DNA of 64,000 nt from an uncultured Christensenellaceae bacterium (GTDB taxonomy: Bacteria > Bacillota > Clostridia > Christensenellales > UBA3700). Shown here piece after piece: positions 11,419-21,123 of the stretch. Position 1 is the first letter of the stretch. Each line of letters begins with the position of its first letter. Position numbers and translations under genes: made by a program. The notes under the pieces are model-generated. The model had not been told where the DNA came from, made no database searches, and saw only the letters and a program-made list of their open reading frames with translations. The stretch covers positions 64,600 through 128,599 of the forward strand of contig CAJUMY010000003.1 in assembly GCA_910587685.1 (NCBI GenBank). The letters are read 5' to 3'.

Positions 11419-11447
11419 TTGATTTTTTTGCTGATATATAGTATATT
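11419..11447 (+). promoter_or_regulatory. candidate sigma-70-type promoter for the cvpA-like gene
   Basis: TTGATT-17 nt-TATATT, about 80 nt upstream of ATG 11529. Confidence 0.4.
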
Positions 11448-11528
11448 TTATGTAGCATAATCATTTGTTTGAAACGTAAGGGGTCGTGAAAAATCGCTCT
11501 CTTAGAAAGAAAAATGAGGTAAGTTATT

Positions 11529-12344
11529 ATGAGTATTAATTATGTAGACATTGCAATACTTGCTATAATGGTACTTGCATTTATAATCGGTCTGGTCAAA
11601 GGTTTTTGGAAGACTTTTTCCAAAGCCCTTACTTTGATTGTCGCGCTCGTTGTCGGATTTGTCTTTGCGGAACGTTTTTCCGCGATAGTGTTCAAAGGCT
11701 CGGCTCTTAGTACTATAAACGATTTTATATTCAAGATGGTCGCGAAGAATCCGCTCGCCGGCGGAACTATAGTCGGAAACGGAGCGGAAGCTATAGTCGT
11801 GACGGAGAATATCGCCGATTCGATGATAATCACCGACGCGCTAAAAGCTATGCTCGTGCCGTCCTTCCTGCATCAAGCCGTTTTCTCTACGGTCGCAAGC
11901 GGGCTCACTCTCGGCGCCGTAGTATCTAGCGCGTATACTCACCTTACGGTACTATTCCTTTCGGGAACTATCCTCTTCTTAGGTTCGCTGCTCGTTATGA
12001 GGATCATCGCCGCTATCATACTCAAAGCAGTAGCTCAAGGCTACGTTAGATTCTACGACAGGTTCTTCGGAGGACTCCTTCGTCTCGTGACGGGAGCGCT
12101 GTTCATATTGATAGTGTTCCACCTGATACACTTGATGTCCGGCTTCTCCTTCATGTCAAAAGTTATCACGTATATCCAAGAAGGCAAGATCAGCGGATTC
12201 ATCTACGAACTCGACATCTTCAACAAGATATTCTACGGCAACAACCTCAGCAGGATCCTTGATTTCTTCAAGAACCTCATACCTGCTCCCGGTCAGACAG
12301 ATACTGCGGCAATGTCCGTGATTTCTTCGTTCTTTATAAGATAA
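11529..12344 (+). CDS. CvpA-family integral membrane protein
   Basis: 271 aa, multi-TM. N-terminus INYVDIAILAIMVLAFIIGLVKGF resembles CvpA (colicin V production) family. Confidence 0.6.
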   Translation: MSINYVDIAILAIMVLAFIIGLVKGFWKTFSKALTLIVALVVGFVFAERFSAIVFKGSALSTINDFIFKMVAKNPLAGGTIVGNGAEAIVVTENIADSMIITDALKAMLVPSFLHQAVFSTVASGLTLGAVVSSAYTHLTVLFLSGTILFLGSLLVMRIIAAIILKAVAQGYVRFYDRFFGGLLRLVTGALFILIVFHLIHLMSGFSFMSKVITYIQEGKISGFIYELDIFNKIFYGNNLSRILDFFKNLIPAPGQTDTAAMSVISSFFIR

Positions 12345-12415
12345 ACGGATAGCAAAGAGCGACCGCTTAGAAATAAAAAGCAAGGCAATCGAAGTTTAAG
12401 ATCGATAAAACGACA

Positions 12416-12449
12416 AAAGCGTGATTTTTACATCACGCTTTATTTTTTA
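12416..12449. terminator. bidirectional intrinsic terminator between convergent genes
   Basis: AAAGCGTGAT-TTTTAC-ATCACGCTTT followed by a T run, with an A run on the other side. Confidence 0.7.
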
Positions 12450-12536
12450 TCCGATATAGATTTTTATATTGATACTCAACTTTCCAAAGTAGCAGATAGA
12501 GAGCCTATTCAGGCTAAAGCTATCGTATAAAGCATA

Positions 12537-13382
12537 TCAGCGTATCGCTATCTCCGCTTCGCAATCGTACTTGCTGTCGTCGGTATAGATTATCTCGCCT
12601 ATGGAATCTGCGACTATCTTTCCGCTTCTCGGATTCTTTACCGATACAATATCTCCGCGAACCGTCGCGTCGACGTCGGAGTACTCGAACGAAAAATCGG
12701 TGTTTTCCATTTCGCAATCTATGAGTTTGAGATTCTTGCAGTAACAAAGCGGTTGCGTTCCGATTATTTTGCAGTTGATGAGCGTAAGGTTCTCGGAATA
12801 CCACGCAAGGTATTCTCCCTTTACCACCGAATTCTTTACCGTAACGTTACAAGAGTGCCAGAACGCGTCCTTCGTGTCGAGCGCGCTATTCTCTATAAGC
12901 GCGTTCTTAACGTACTGAAAGGAATACTTTCCCTTAAAGTCGACGTTATCCATATATATATCCGTCGCCATCAAAAATACGTATTCGCTCGAGATACCGC
13001 TCTCTTCTACCTTTATATCGGAGCTCTTCCAACCGAACTCGGGCGAAACTATCCTGCTATTTGATATTTTAACGTCTTTACATTCGCGAAGAGCCTTGAT
13101 GCCGAGAAGATGCGAATTCTTGATCTCGACCCCTTCGGTATACCAAAGCGCGGCGCGGCACTTGTCCGTCATAGTCACGTTATCGAGCATAACGCCGTTA
13201 TCGTGCCAAAGCGGATAACGCAGATTCATATAGCACGACTCGAGCTTTACGTCTCTCGCTTCCTTTAGCGCCGATTCTCCGTCCTCTTCGCCGTCAAACG
13301 AACAGTTCTTGATAAGGACGTTCTCGACGCCGTATAGATCTCTTTCTTTCGGAAAATTCTTGTTTTCAATTACCTTCATCAT
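12537..13382 (-). CDS. right-handed beta-helix-like protein, DUF3737-like
   Basis: Periodic N/C/V-rich about 22-aa segments. N-terminus MKVIENKNFPKERDLY...DGESALKE resembles DUF3737 (from memory, needs HMM). Start chosen at an ATG after AGAGGA rather than the TTG at 13403. Confidence 0.55.
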   Translation of the reverse strand: MMKVIENKNFPKERDLYGVENVLIKNCSFDGEEDGESALKEARDVKLESCYMNLRYPLWHDNGVMLDNVTMTDKCRAALWYTEGVEIKNSHLLGIKALRECKDVKISNSRIVSPEFGWKSSDIKVEESGISSEYVFLMATDIYMDNVDFKGKYSFQYVKNALIENSALDTKDAFWHSCNVTVKNSVVKGEYLAWYSENLTLINCKIIGTQPLCYCKNLKLIDCEMENTDFSFEYSDVDATVRGDIVSVKNPRSGKIVADSIGEIIYTDDSKYDCEAEIAIR

Positions 13383-13451
13383 ATGTCCTCTATTAAAATT
13401 CAACTAAAGATTTATTTCGATACTCAGACGAATTATCTGATAACGTAAAAT

Positions 13452-14597
13452 TCAATACGTTCTCGAAAGCGTAAATCTTGCCATATCGGCGGCGTCTTCA
13501 CCGTACTTTCCCATTTCTTTCGCTATCTTCTCTATCGCCGGGAGTTTCATACCGAAATCGCTTAGATTGTATCTGAATCCGCTCTTGTCTTCAAGAAAAT
13601 CTATGATATTCCTGATCGCTTTATATGAATCCGATACTCTCCGGCTCACGGGAACGAACGCGTATCTCTCTTCGCCTATTAGCGAAAGCAATACGGATGA
13701 ATATCTCTCTTCGTTATTGATATCATTATTTATCAAATATTCGTAATAGTGCGGGAATAGCATGGAATACGTCTTAGAATACGGTATACGAAGCTCTCTG
13801 CTCACGGTAACGCTAAGTTTTGAAAGGATATCGTTCTTGACCGCGTTATACGCGATACCGGCAAGTACCGACGCGTTGGCGATATTCTTTAACAGCTTTC
13901 TCGCCCTCGTCCCTTCCTTGAGCCTATCAATAGCGCCGACGACGAACCCGATAGCGGCTCTCGCCGTAGCCTCGCTCACAAAACTCGAGTCTTTCCCTAT
14001 CGTCGCTATAACGGAAAGAGCCAACGCGTACATGACGCTGCTTGCCGCTCTTCTCCTGTGCGGATTTAACGCTAACTTGTCGTCGATAACGATAAACTCA
14101 GGCGTCAAATTAGGAGAAACAAACTTTATCTTCTCATTTTCTCCATACATATACGCGGTATTGCTTCCTTCCGTAGCCGTTCCGACGAATACGCTCGCAA
14201 CGGCAAGCGGCATATCGCCGTCGGTCTCGCATATGCTCTTTATGTCTTTTACCGACTTGACTTTCGCGCGAAGCAGCTCCCGCGCTATCTTGGCGGTATC
14301 TATGACGCTCTCGCGTCCTATCGCGACTATGGCGTCGGCGTTGACCTCTTTGCACTTTTCAACAATAGTCTCAACGGTATCTGCGTTCGCCGTTTCTCCC
14401 TTTATGAGAGCGATATACGGAACCTTTAGTTTATCGTTATCGAACGCCTCGCGCGCCTTTCTTATAAAAGACGGATATTCGTCGACTTTTTCGCTTATGA
14501 GTATAGGACGCATAACGTTCTTCATCTTGAGCTCGTGCACAAGATTAGACAGCGCGTCCTCGCCCGAGAGTATCTTGCTCTTTGCGTAAAATTCCAT
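13452..14597 (-). CDS. iron-containing alcohol dehydrogenase-fold protein, motif-degenerate paralogue
   Basis: 381 aa, collinear with the neighbouring Fe-ADH. GGGS is replaced by GRES (AIVAIGRESVIDTAK), and there is no D-x3-H or His pair at the aligned metal-ligand positions. Confidence 0.7.
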   Translation of the reverse strand: MEFYAKSKILSGEDALSNLVHELKMKNVMRPILISEKVDEYPSFIRKAREAFDNDKLKVPYIALIKGETANADTVETIVEKCKEVNADAIVAIGRESVIDTAKIARELLRAKVKSVKDIKSICETDGDMPLAVASVFVGTATEGSNTAYMYGENEKIKFVSPNLTPEFIVIDDKLALNPHRRRAASSVMYALALSVIATIGKDSSFVSEATARAAIGFVVGAIDRLKEGTRARKLLKNIANASVLAGIAYNAVKNDILSKLSVTVSRELRIPYSKTYSMLFPHYYEYLINNDINNEERYSSVLLSLIGEERYAFVPVSRRVSDSYKAIRNIIDFLEDKSGFRYNLSDFGMKLPAIEKIAKEMGKYGEDAADMARFTLSRTY

Positions 14598-14615
14598 TTT
14601 CGTATCTCCTGTTTT

Positions 14616-15791
14616 CTACATTACCGCTTTAAGCACGGCTATAACGTCGTCTCTTCTAACTCGTTTTTTATTAGCGAGCACTGCCCCGTCGCGCATTGCT
14701 CCGTCCGCGATTTTTTCTATATCGCTCGAGGTGATGCCGTGATCTTTGAGTTTAAGCGCAATGCCGTAATTTGCGGAATATTCAGCGATAATGTCGGCAA
14801 TGAACTTTATCGCCATAGCTCCTCTTCTTTCGGGAGGCGTCTCAGCATACATATCGCTGCCCGCTATATGGTATAGAGCCGTAGCGTATTCTTTATCGAG
14901 CGCGTCGAGATTGAAACGCATTACTTCGGGAAGAAGTATCATCATCGCGACGTCGTGGCTGATACCGTAAGCTCCGCCGAGCGAATGTCCTATCGCGTGC
15001 GCGAGTCCTACCATCGAGTTAGAGAACGCGATACCCGCAAGAAGCGACGCTTCCGCCATGCCCTGCCTCGCCTTCTTATTGCCCGTATCCGAGACAGCTA
15101 TAAAGAAGTTTTCCTTAAATAACTCCATTGCCTTCAACGCGAACGCGTCGCTGATCGGATTCTTTTGCGCCGACGTGAACGCTTCTATCGCGTGAGTGAG
15201 CATGTCGAACGCGGTCGATACCGTCGCCCTTACGGGAAGCGTAAGCGTCAAACGCGGATCTATCGCGGTAACGTCGGGAAGAAGTCTTTCCGATATGAAT
15301 TCGTGTTTTACGTGATTTTGCGTATCCGAAATTACGGCGACTTTCGTCGCTTCGCTGCCTGTTCCGGAAGTCGTTGGAAGTATCGCGAAAGGAATACCTT
15401 TTCCCGCTTTAAGATTGTCTATGCCCTGCATATCGAAAAGACTGCTCTTTTCGGATTCGAGAAGCAGTTTAACGCCCTTTGCCGTATCTATTACCGAACC
15501 GCCGCCCAAGGCTATCAGAGAATCGCAGTTGTTATTAACGTATATATCGACGAGCTCCTCGACGACTTCGACCGAAGAATCTTTCGGCACGTCGATATAT
15601 ATAGCCTTTATCTTCACTCCGCTTTTTGAAAGGTCTTTCGTAACGATATCGACGAGACCGACCTTGTTTATGACAGGTCCAGATATCAAAAGAGGACGCT
15701 CCGATCCGATACGGCTGAAATATTCGCCGACCTTCTCTACCGAGCCTTCGCCGAAATACATTCTCACGTTGTCTATAAATTCAAAATACAT
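14616..15791 (-). CDS. iron-containing (group III) alcohol dehydrogenase
   Basis: 391 aa. GGGSVIDTAKG, FDMLTHAIE, GLAHAIGHSLGGAYGISHD (metal-binding His residues). Confidence 0.85.
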   Translation of the reverse strand: MYFEFIDNVRMYFGEGSVEKVGEYFSRIGSERPLLISGPVINKVGLVDIVTKDLSKSGVKIKAIYIDVPKDSSVEVVEELVDIYVNNNCDSLIALGGGSVIDTAKGVKLLLESEKSSLFDMQGIDNLKAGKGIPFAILPTTSGTGSEATKVAVISDTQNHVKHEFISERLLPDVTAIDPRLTLTLPVRATVSTAFDMLTHAIEAFTSAQKNPISDAFALKAMELFKENFFIAVSDTGNKKARQGMAEASLLAGIAFSNSMVGLAHAIGHSLGGAYGISHDVAMMILLPEVMRFNLDALDKEYATALYHIAGSDMYAETPPERRGAMAIKFIADIIAEYSANYGIALKLKDHGITSSDIEKIADGAMRDGAVLANKKRVRRDDVIAVLKAVM

Positions 15792-15794
15792 ATT

Positions 15795-16286
15795 TTACAC
15801 CCCAAATATAGCTCCGAGATACATACGAAGCGAAGAAACCTGCTTTTTATAGCCGCCGTCAAGGATCTTAGACGTGATCAAATTAGGAAAAAGATAGTTC
15901 TCTACGATATTGAAACACTCGACGAGAGCCACGGTATCGCCTACGCTTCCGCGAGTAACTATAGACGAACGGCAGTAAGCGTCTCTTATGCTCCGCTTCC
16001 CGATAAGATACGGTATCGCGACGTCGATATTCTTGAACGCTATCTCCAGATCGGGAGTATCTTCCCTTTTGGCTCCGACGAACTTTCCGTTCGACTTTTT
16101 TATCGACATACACGGCTTATACGGCAAAATGCGAAGCGTTATCACATATCCTTCGGGAAAGGTATCAATAAGCTCCTTAACGTTCGAATCGAGTCTCGAA
16201 GCCGCTTTCATACCGCCCTTTAAGAAAGCGAATATTATGCCGGCAAGCATTGCTTTTCCTACCTTGTATTTAGGTTCGTGTCTCAT
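15795..16286 (-). CDS. hypothetical protein, possible SCP2/sterol-carrier-like fold
   Basis: 163 aa with good SD (AAGAGG). The pattern DLEIAFKNIDVAIPYLIGKRSIRDAY...TRGSVGDTVAL resembles SCP2 domains. The stop is 4 nt from the ADH start. Confidence 0.5.
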   Translation of the reverse strand: MRHEPKYKVGKAMLAGIIFAFLKGGMKAASRLDSNVKELIDTFPEGYVITLRILPYKPCMSIKKSNGKFVGAKREDTPDLEIAFKNIDVAIPYLIGKRSIRDAYCRSSIVTRGSVGDTVALVECFNIVENYLFPNLITSKILDGGYKKQVSSLRMYLGAIFGV

Positions 16287-16332
16287 ATCTACCTCTTATG
16301 ATATAAATCGTTATACTGATATTCCGCGTATT

Positions 16333-19300
16333 TCAATTAGCGACGGCGAAGGTAACTTTACCTACCGAATTTTCAACGTCGCTCGTAGAATATACGGTCG
16401 CGTCGCTATTGATAACGTTTCCGAGCGTTACATTGACGGTATTTCCGAGAACTTCAACCGGAATAACCAATTCGAATATCTCTCTCTTTATATCGTCTCT
16501 TATCTTGTTCATCTCTTCCGAATTTACGAAACTCGTCATTACGCTCATTTCGTCGGCGTTCATATCCGCCATGAAGAACTGTATCTCGCCCGACACAGTC
16601 ATGACGAGCGTAACGTAAACGTTATTCGGAACTATCGCATTTACCTCTTCGCCATCTCCGCTCTTTATCCTATCCGAGCTCACCGAAACGGTCGCAACGA
16701 TATAATTCGTCTCGCTCTCGCCGAGAGTGACAGGGTAATTCTCCTTTAAGAAACCGAGTTTCTCGCCCGTAACTATCGCAAACTGCGTAAGAACGCCGGT
16801 ATTAGCTATCTTCTCTTTGAGTATCTGAGCTAAGTACATATCCGTCATCGTCACGCCGAGTCCGCCCTCGGTAGTGAACGCGAAGTGATCGGACGCATCG
16901 GTATCTTTATTATAAGCATCGATATCGATAGCGTTGCCGTTCATATCGGTCATCTTATCGACGCTCTCTCCGCCCGCAAGTTTATAGAACGCGCTTCTAA
17001 CGGTCTCTCCCGTATGCGTTTTGTCCTCTTTCGAAATAGCCGAGGCTACTATGTCGAATATCGTACCCATACCGAGACTTCCCGCGTTATCCTCGCTCTT
17101 AGGCTCGTATTCTAGCCTAAATCCGCCGCTTTCTATCTTTGTTACCGTATCTTGCATCGTTGACGCAGACTTATCCGCGATATCGTCGATATTAACGCCT
17201 GCGCCGAATTTATTCAGTATAGCCGTTACTTTCGGCATATCGGAGTACTCGAGAGCGTTGAACGATATCTCCGCCTTGAATCTCTTTTCTCCTTCTGCGG
17301 CGTTTGCAACGTCGGTAATGACGGCTCTTATGTATATCTCGTTCGGCATGAACTCGCTAAATCCGTTAGCGTTATCATCGTCATCGGGAGATGCCTTAGC
17401 TTTCACCGCTTTGAGATACGCTATAACGCGTCCTTCGCCATCCGTTTTCTCTATTTCAGCCCTTACTATCTTCGGCTCTTCGAAACCGCTGAGCGAAACG
17501 GTTATTTCGCTACTCATGAGATACGCCAACTCTTCAGCGTAGAGTTTGATATCAAGCTCTCTCATATCTTTCGCTTGCTCTTCTTCGCTAACGAGTCTTG
17601 CAAAATCTACGTTGCTCTTATAACTCGACGAGATGGTAGAAAGCCACTCGGTCAGTTTCATATCCTCAGCTCTGTTCTCCGTCTTGAGATAAGCTCCGTT
17701 TCTAAGCGTCTCTTCGAACCTTCCTGTATTTGCCGCCGCATTTTCAAAACCGCTTCCGCCGAGCGACGAAGCATCGTACATCTTTGAAAGAAGCGCGTAT
17801 ATCTCGCGTCCGCCGGATATATCGTCCTCTTCGGTAAAGCCCGACTTATCATAGAGAATATCGTATATATTCTTTTCGATATTTATCCTGTCTTCCGAAA
17901 CTGAGAATTTTCCTACGGTCGCGGTTATTCCGCCGTTCGAGCCTTCTTCGCCGTCAAGCGTCTTTTTGAGCTCGGTCTTTATCTTTTCTTCCATCTCGGC
18001 GAACATACCGCTCTTTTCGGTCAATCCGCCGAGTATTCTCTCGACAGTCGTCTTATTGTTCTCTTTGATATCGTTGATTAGTACCTTCGTCACGTATTCT
18101 CCGTTAAAGTCTACGATAGCTCTGACGTATACGTCATTAGGCAACAGATTGCTATACGGAATACCCATAGGACCCGTCGCTTCGCCTGATACGTGTCCGC
18201 CGATTATGAGTTCGAGCTTGCCTTGCTCCGCAGAACCTGCGTATACCGCTCTCATATCCGAATACGGAAGAGAAGCCGCTATCTCTGCAAAGTTGACTTT
18301 GGAATTGATGAGCGCCGCCAACTCCTTACCCTCGAGATACATCCTAAGAGTATCGTACTTGTCGCCGCCTTGCGTATCCGAGATGAGTTTGTTCACGTTG
18401 ACGATATTCGTTATATTTCCGCCGCTTATAAGCGTTCCCATATCGGAAATCGCTTCGATGAGATTGTCTCCTCTGTACGGCTTCTTGTTATCGTTATCAG
18501 GATCGGCTTCGTTCTTAACATAGAGCTTGTTCTCTAGCTCCCTTACTACGAATCCGCTGTCGAGTATATCCGTAGTTATATTCCAGTCGGTACCGCTCGG
18601 TACGCTCTCCACGGTATAAAGATGTTTGAACGTATCCTCTATATCGGCTATCTCTATGACTCCGCTTTCGCTTTTTGAGTAATGCTGTATTATCTCGTAT
18701 ACAGTCGGAAGACTGATGCCGCCCTCTACTATTTCGATATTCGGCAGAGTAGTTTTGCCGCTATCTTCAGCGAACGCCGCGGGAGCCGTTCCGTTATCTT
18801 CTTCCTTTCCCTTTAGTATATCGAGGAATTTATTGACGTACTCTTCCACCGTCTTTACTATATTATCGATGTCGAGCTTCGCCGCTATATCGGGACTGAA
18901 TACTCCCATTATGCTAGAGAGAGTCTTGAACGCTTCTTTCGTCGCTACCGCTCCGTTGTCTCCCTCTATAAAGTTCAATATAACGTTCGACGAAGACCCT
19001 TCTTTCGCGCCCTCCGCAACGTCTATCTCTATATATAGATGCTTTGGAATGATCGACGTAACGAGATTGTATATTATGCTCTCTTTCGATATCATACCGC
19101 CTATAAGTCCTGCCGTATCGATACCTGCAACTATCTTCATTCTGTTTTCGCTTCCGTTCTTATACATATCGAAAGCCTCGACGTTAATATCGACGGGAAG
19201 ATTGACCCCTACGCTCTCGTCTCCGCTCTTGATAATGCCGTTTAGCACGTACGCGAGCGCGTTGTCTGTAATAAAGCTCTTGACCTTGAGCTCAGCTTGC

Positions 19301-20694
19301 GTCCTTTCGTAAAGTCTGCTGTCTACGATATTTATGCTCGAAGGTATCTCGCTGTAACGCTTATAAAAATCTACTGCCGTCCATTCCGATATGCCGCTTA
19401 TTCCGTACGCATCCGAAAGATCGGTCTTAAGCGCTATGAAGTCGCCTTCTGTCGGTCTGTTCTCGGAGCCTACGTTGTTATTGATGTATTCGTCGACGTT
19501 AGCGGAATCTAGTATCGCGTTATCCGCTCCGTGTATATACTTTACCATATAGAGGAAATCTTCGCTCGTTATCCTGTTTTCGGCGGGAGTATCTGCGGTA
19601 TTTATCTTAAGAGCTTTCATTATGAGCTCTATGGGATCGATACTAACTCCGCTCTCGACGAAGTTGAGCTCACCTACGTATCCTTCGATAGTACCGATCG
19701 TCTTTGAAATAGTTTCCGATACCTTAAGCAGCGTCGCGTCTATATCGAAACCGCCGCCCGTAAGGGACGAAACGTTCTTTATGAGAGTCAACAGATCCTC
19801 GTAGACTTCTCCCGAAATATTGTTAAAGAAAAAGCTGGGCTGTCTCTCCGCATCGTAAGGATATACGGTAGCGCCGACAAATATCTTCTTCGGTATGACG
19901 GGTTTTGCGAGCGTCGCGGCGATACTCGGAACGTCAGGCGATACTTTCGCAAGTATATCCGCTACGTTGTCTCTAAGTACTACCTCTATGACAAGCGACA
20001 TCTCGACGTCTTTCTTCTCCTCGGTAGATTTGTTAATGTCAATCTGCCTTACCCTGATGAGCTCCTTAAGCGGAACGCCTATCGTATTCTCTATCTCTTT
20101 GAGCTGAGGTATCTCGGCTTCTGTCATGACTTCGTTGATGACCGCCGCGAATTGCTTATCAGTAATATTAAGTTTGCTTCCGCCGCCGTTATAGCCCTTG
20201 AGCGTGGAAAAATCGAACTTCAATTCTTTGAGTATACTGTCTATGTAACCGTTGCCCGTCGTGAAGTCGTTCAATCCGCCGCCTTCGTTTTCGCCTTCGA
20301 AACTTACGTCCTTATCCGACCCGTCTCCGCTATCGGATCCGTTCTCCTGTCCCGAAAAGTCAAAATAGCCGCTGATCAGCTTAGCTATCGTAAAATCGTC
20401 GGGAAGCGTCAGATAGGTCGCGTTCTCGAATCCCTCGTAAAACGCAGTTCTATCCTCCGCCGAATAGGGATTGGTGACTATCTTCTTTTCGTCGCTGTTA
20501 TATAATCCCGAAAGTATCTTCATAACGTCGAACAATCCGACGCCGAGCTTCGGCTCGACAAACTTTCCGTATGCAAAATATCCGCCTACAAGCGACGCCG
20601 CCAAAAGCGCGACTATAAGTATAACTACGGTAATACAACATTTTAGACAGCAGTGATTACTTCTTTCTACCCTGTCAATTCTGTTTGCTCTCAT
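16333..20694 (-). CDS. giant N-terminally membrane-anchored repeat protein, function unknown
   Basis: The 1455-codon ORF is called from TTG 20700. ATG at 20694 has GGAGA 7 nt upstream. One TM segment (about residues 21-44). Five recurring modules ending in P-[KN]-x-[IVL]-Y-[IV]-x-x-x-V. Confidence 0.75.
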   Translation of the reverse strand: MRANRIDRVERSNHCCLKCCITVVILIVALLAASLVGGYFAYGKFVEPKLGVGLFDVMKILSGLYNSDEKKIVTNPYSAEDRTAFYEGFENATYLTLPDDFTIAKLISGYFDFSGQENGSDSGDGSDKDVSFEGENEGGGLNDFTTGNGYIDSILKELKFDFSTLKGYNGGGSKLNITDKQFAAVINEVMTEAEIPQLKEIENTIGVPLKELIRVRQIDINKSTEEKKDVEMSLVIEVVLRDNVADILAKVSPDVPSIAATLAKPVIPKKIFVGATVYPYDAERQPSFFFNNISGEVYEDLLTLIKNVSSLTGGGFDIDATLLKVSETISKTIGTIEGYVGELNFVESGVSIDPIELIMKALKINTADTPAENRITSEDFLYMVKYIHGADNAILDSANVDEYINNNVGSENRPTEGDFIALKTDLSDAYGISGISEWTAVDFYKRYSEIPSSINIVDSRLYERTQAELKVKSFITDNALAYVLNGIIKSGDESVGVNLPVDINVEAFDMYKNGSENRMKIVAGIDTAGLIGGMISKESIIYNLVTSIIPKHLYIEIDVAEGAKEGSSSNVILNFIEGDNGAVATKEAFKTLSSIMGVFSPDIAAKLDIDNIVKTVEEYVNKFLDILKGKEEDNGTAPAAFAEDSGKTTLPNIEIVEGGISLPTVYEIIQHYSKSESGVIEIADIEDTFKHLYTVESVPSGTDWNITTDILDSGFVVRELENKLYVKNEADPDNDNKKPYRGDNLIEAISDMGTLISGGNITNIVNVNKLISDTQGGDKYDTLRMYLEGKELAALINSKVNFAEIAASLPYSDMRAVYAGSAEQGKLELIIGGHVSGEATGPMGIPYSNLLPNDVYVRAIVDFNGEYVTKVLINDIKENNKTTVERILGGLTEKSGMFAEMEEKIKTELKKTLDGEEGSNGGITATVGKFSVSEDRINIEKNIYDILYDKSGFTEEDDISGGREIYALLSKMYDASSLGGSGFENAAANTGRFEETLRNGAYLKTENRAEDMKLTEWLSTISSSYKSNVDFARLVSEEEQAKDMRELDIKLYAEELAYLMSSEITVSLSGFEEPKIVRAEIEKTDGEGRVIAYLKAVKAKASPDDDDNANGFSEFMPNEIYIRAVITDVANAAEGEKRFKAEISFNALEYSDMPKVTAILNKFGAGVNIDDIADKSASTMQDTVTKIESGGFRLEYEPKSEDNAGSLGMGTIFDIVASAISKEDKTHTGETVRSAFYKLAGGESVDKMTDMNGNAIDIDAYNKDTDASDHFAFTTEGGLGVTMTDMYLAQILKEKIANTGVLTQFAIVTGEKLGFLKENYPVTLGESETNYIVATVSVSSDRIKSGDGEEVNAIVPNNVYVTLVMTVSGEIQFFMADMNADEMSVMTSFVNSEEMNKIRDDIKREIFELVIPVEVLGNTVNVTLGNVINSDATVYSTSDVENSVGKVTFAVAN

Positions 20695-20937
20695 CGACAA
20701 ATCTCCGTTTCTATGTTTTCTTTTACGATTTTATGTAATATAGGATAATATTTTTAATTTTACTATCTCTTACAGTATACAGTAACCGCCGCGAAAATAC
20801 AACCTAATTATATATATTAGCGCGTAGAAATTATTACCTAAAAATACGCGCGCGTCGGAGACGATCAAAAAATTACATATTTTTCTATCTATAAAATTCC
20901 ATCCTTGCGTACACACTATAGACGTAGAGGTGAATAT

Positions 20938-21048
20938 TATGGAAAACAAAAAAAATTATTCGTCGCCGTTCGACCCTAACGGCTCGTATACGGGCGTTCC
21001 TTCGGAAGACGAATACGAAATACCCGTACAGGACGCGGACGATCTTTG
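20938..21048 (+). CDS. candidate 36-aa acidic micro-protein
   Basis: ATG preceded by GAGGTG at 7 nt. Encodes MENKKNYSSPFDPNGSYTGVPSEDEYEIPVQDADDL. Below the ORF-track size cutoff. No clear promoter seen. Confidence 0.35.
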
Positions 21049-21123
21049 ATGCGTTGCGCTTGACTCGGCTGACGTATTCTGTTATAATTGTATCGAAAAA
21101 TAATCGTATATCAAGGAGAAAGT

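Noticed and set aside
20772-20790. A 16-nt motif TATACAGTAAC(C/T)GCCG shared by the intergenic regions at about 20775 and about 38088.
   Set aside because: A 15/16 match between two sites is expected many times by chance among all position pairs in 64 kb on both strands.
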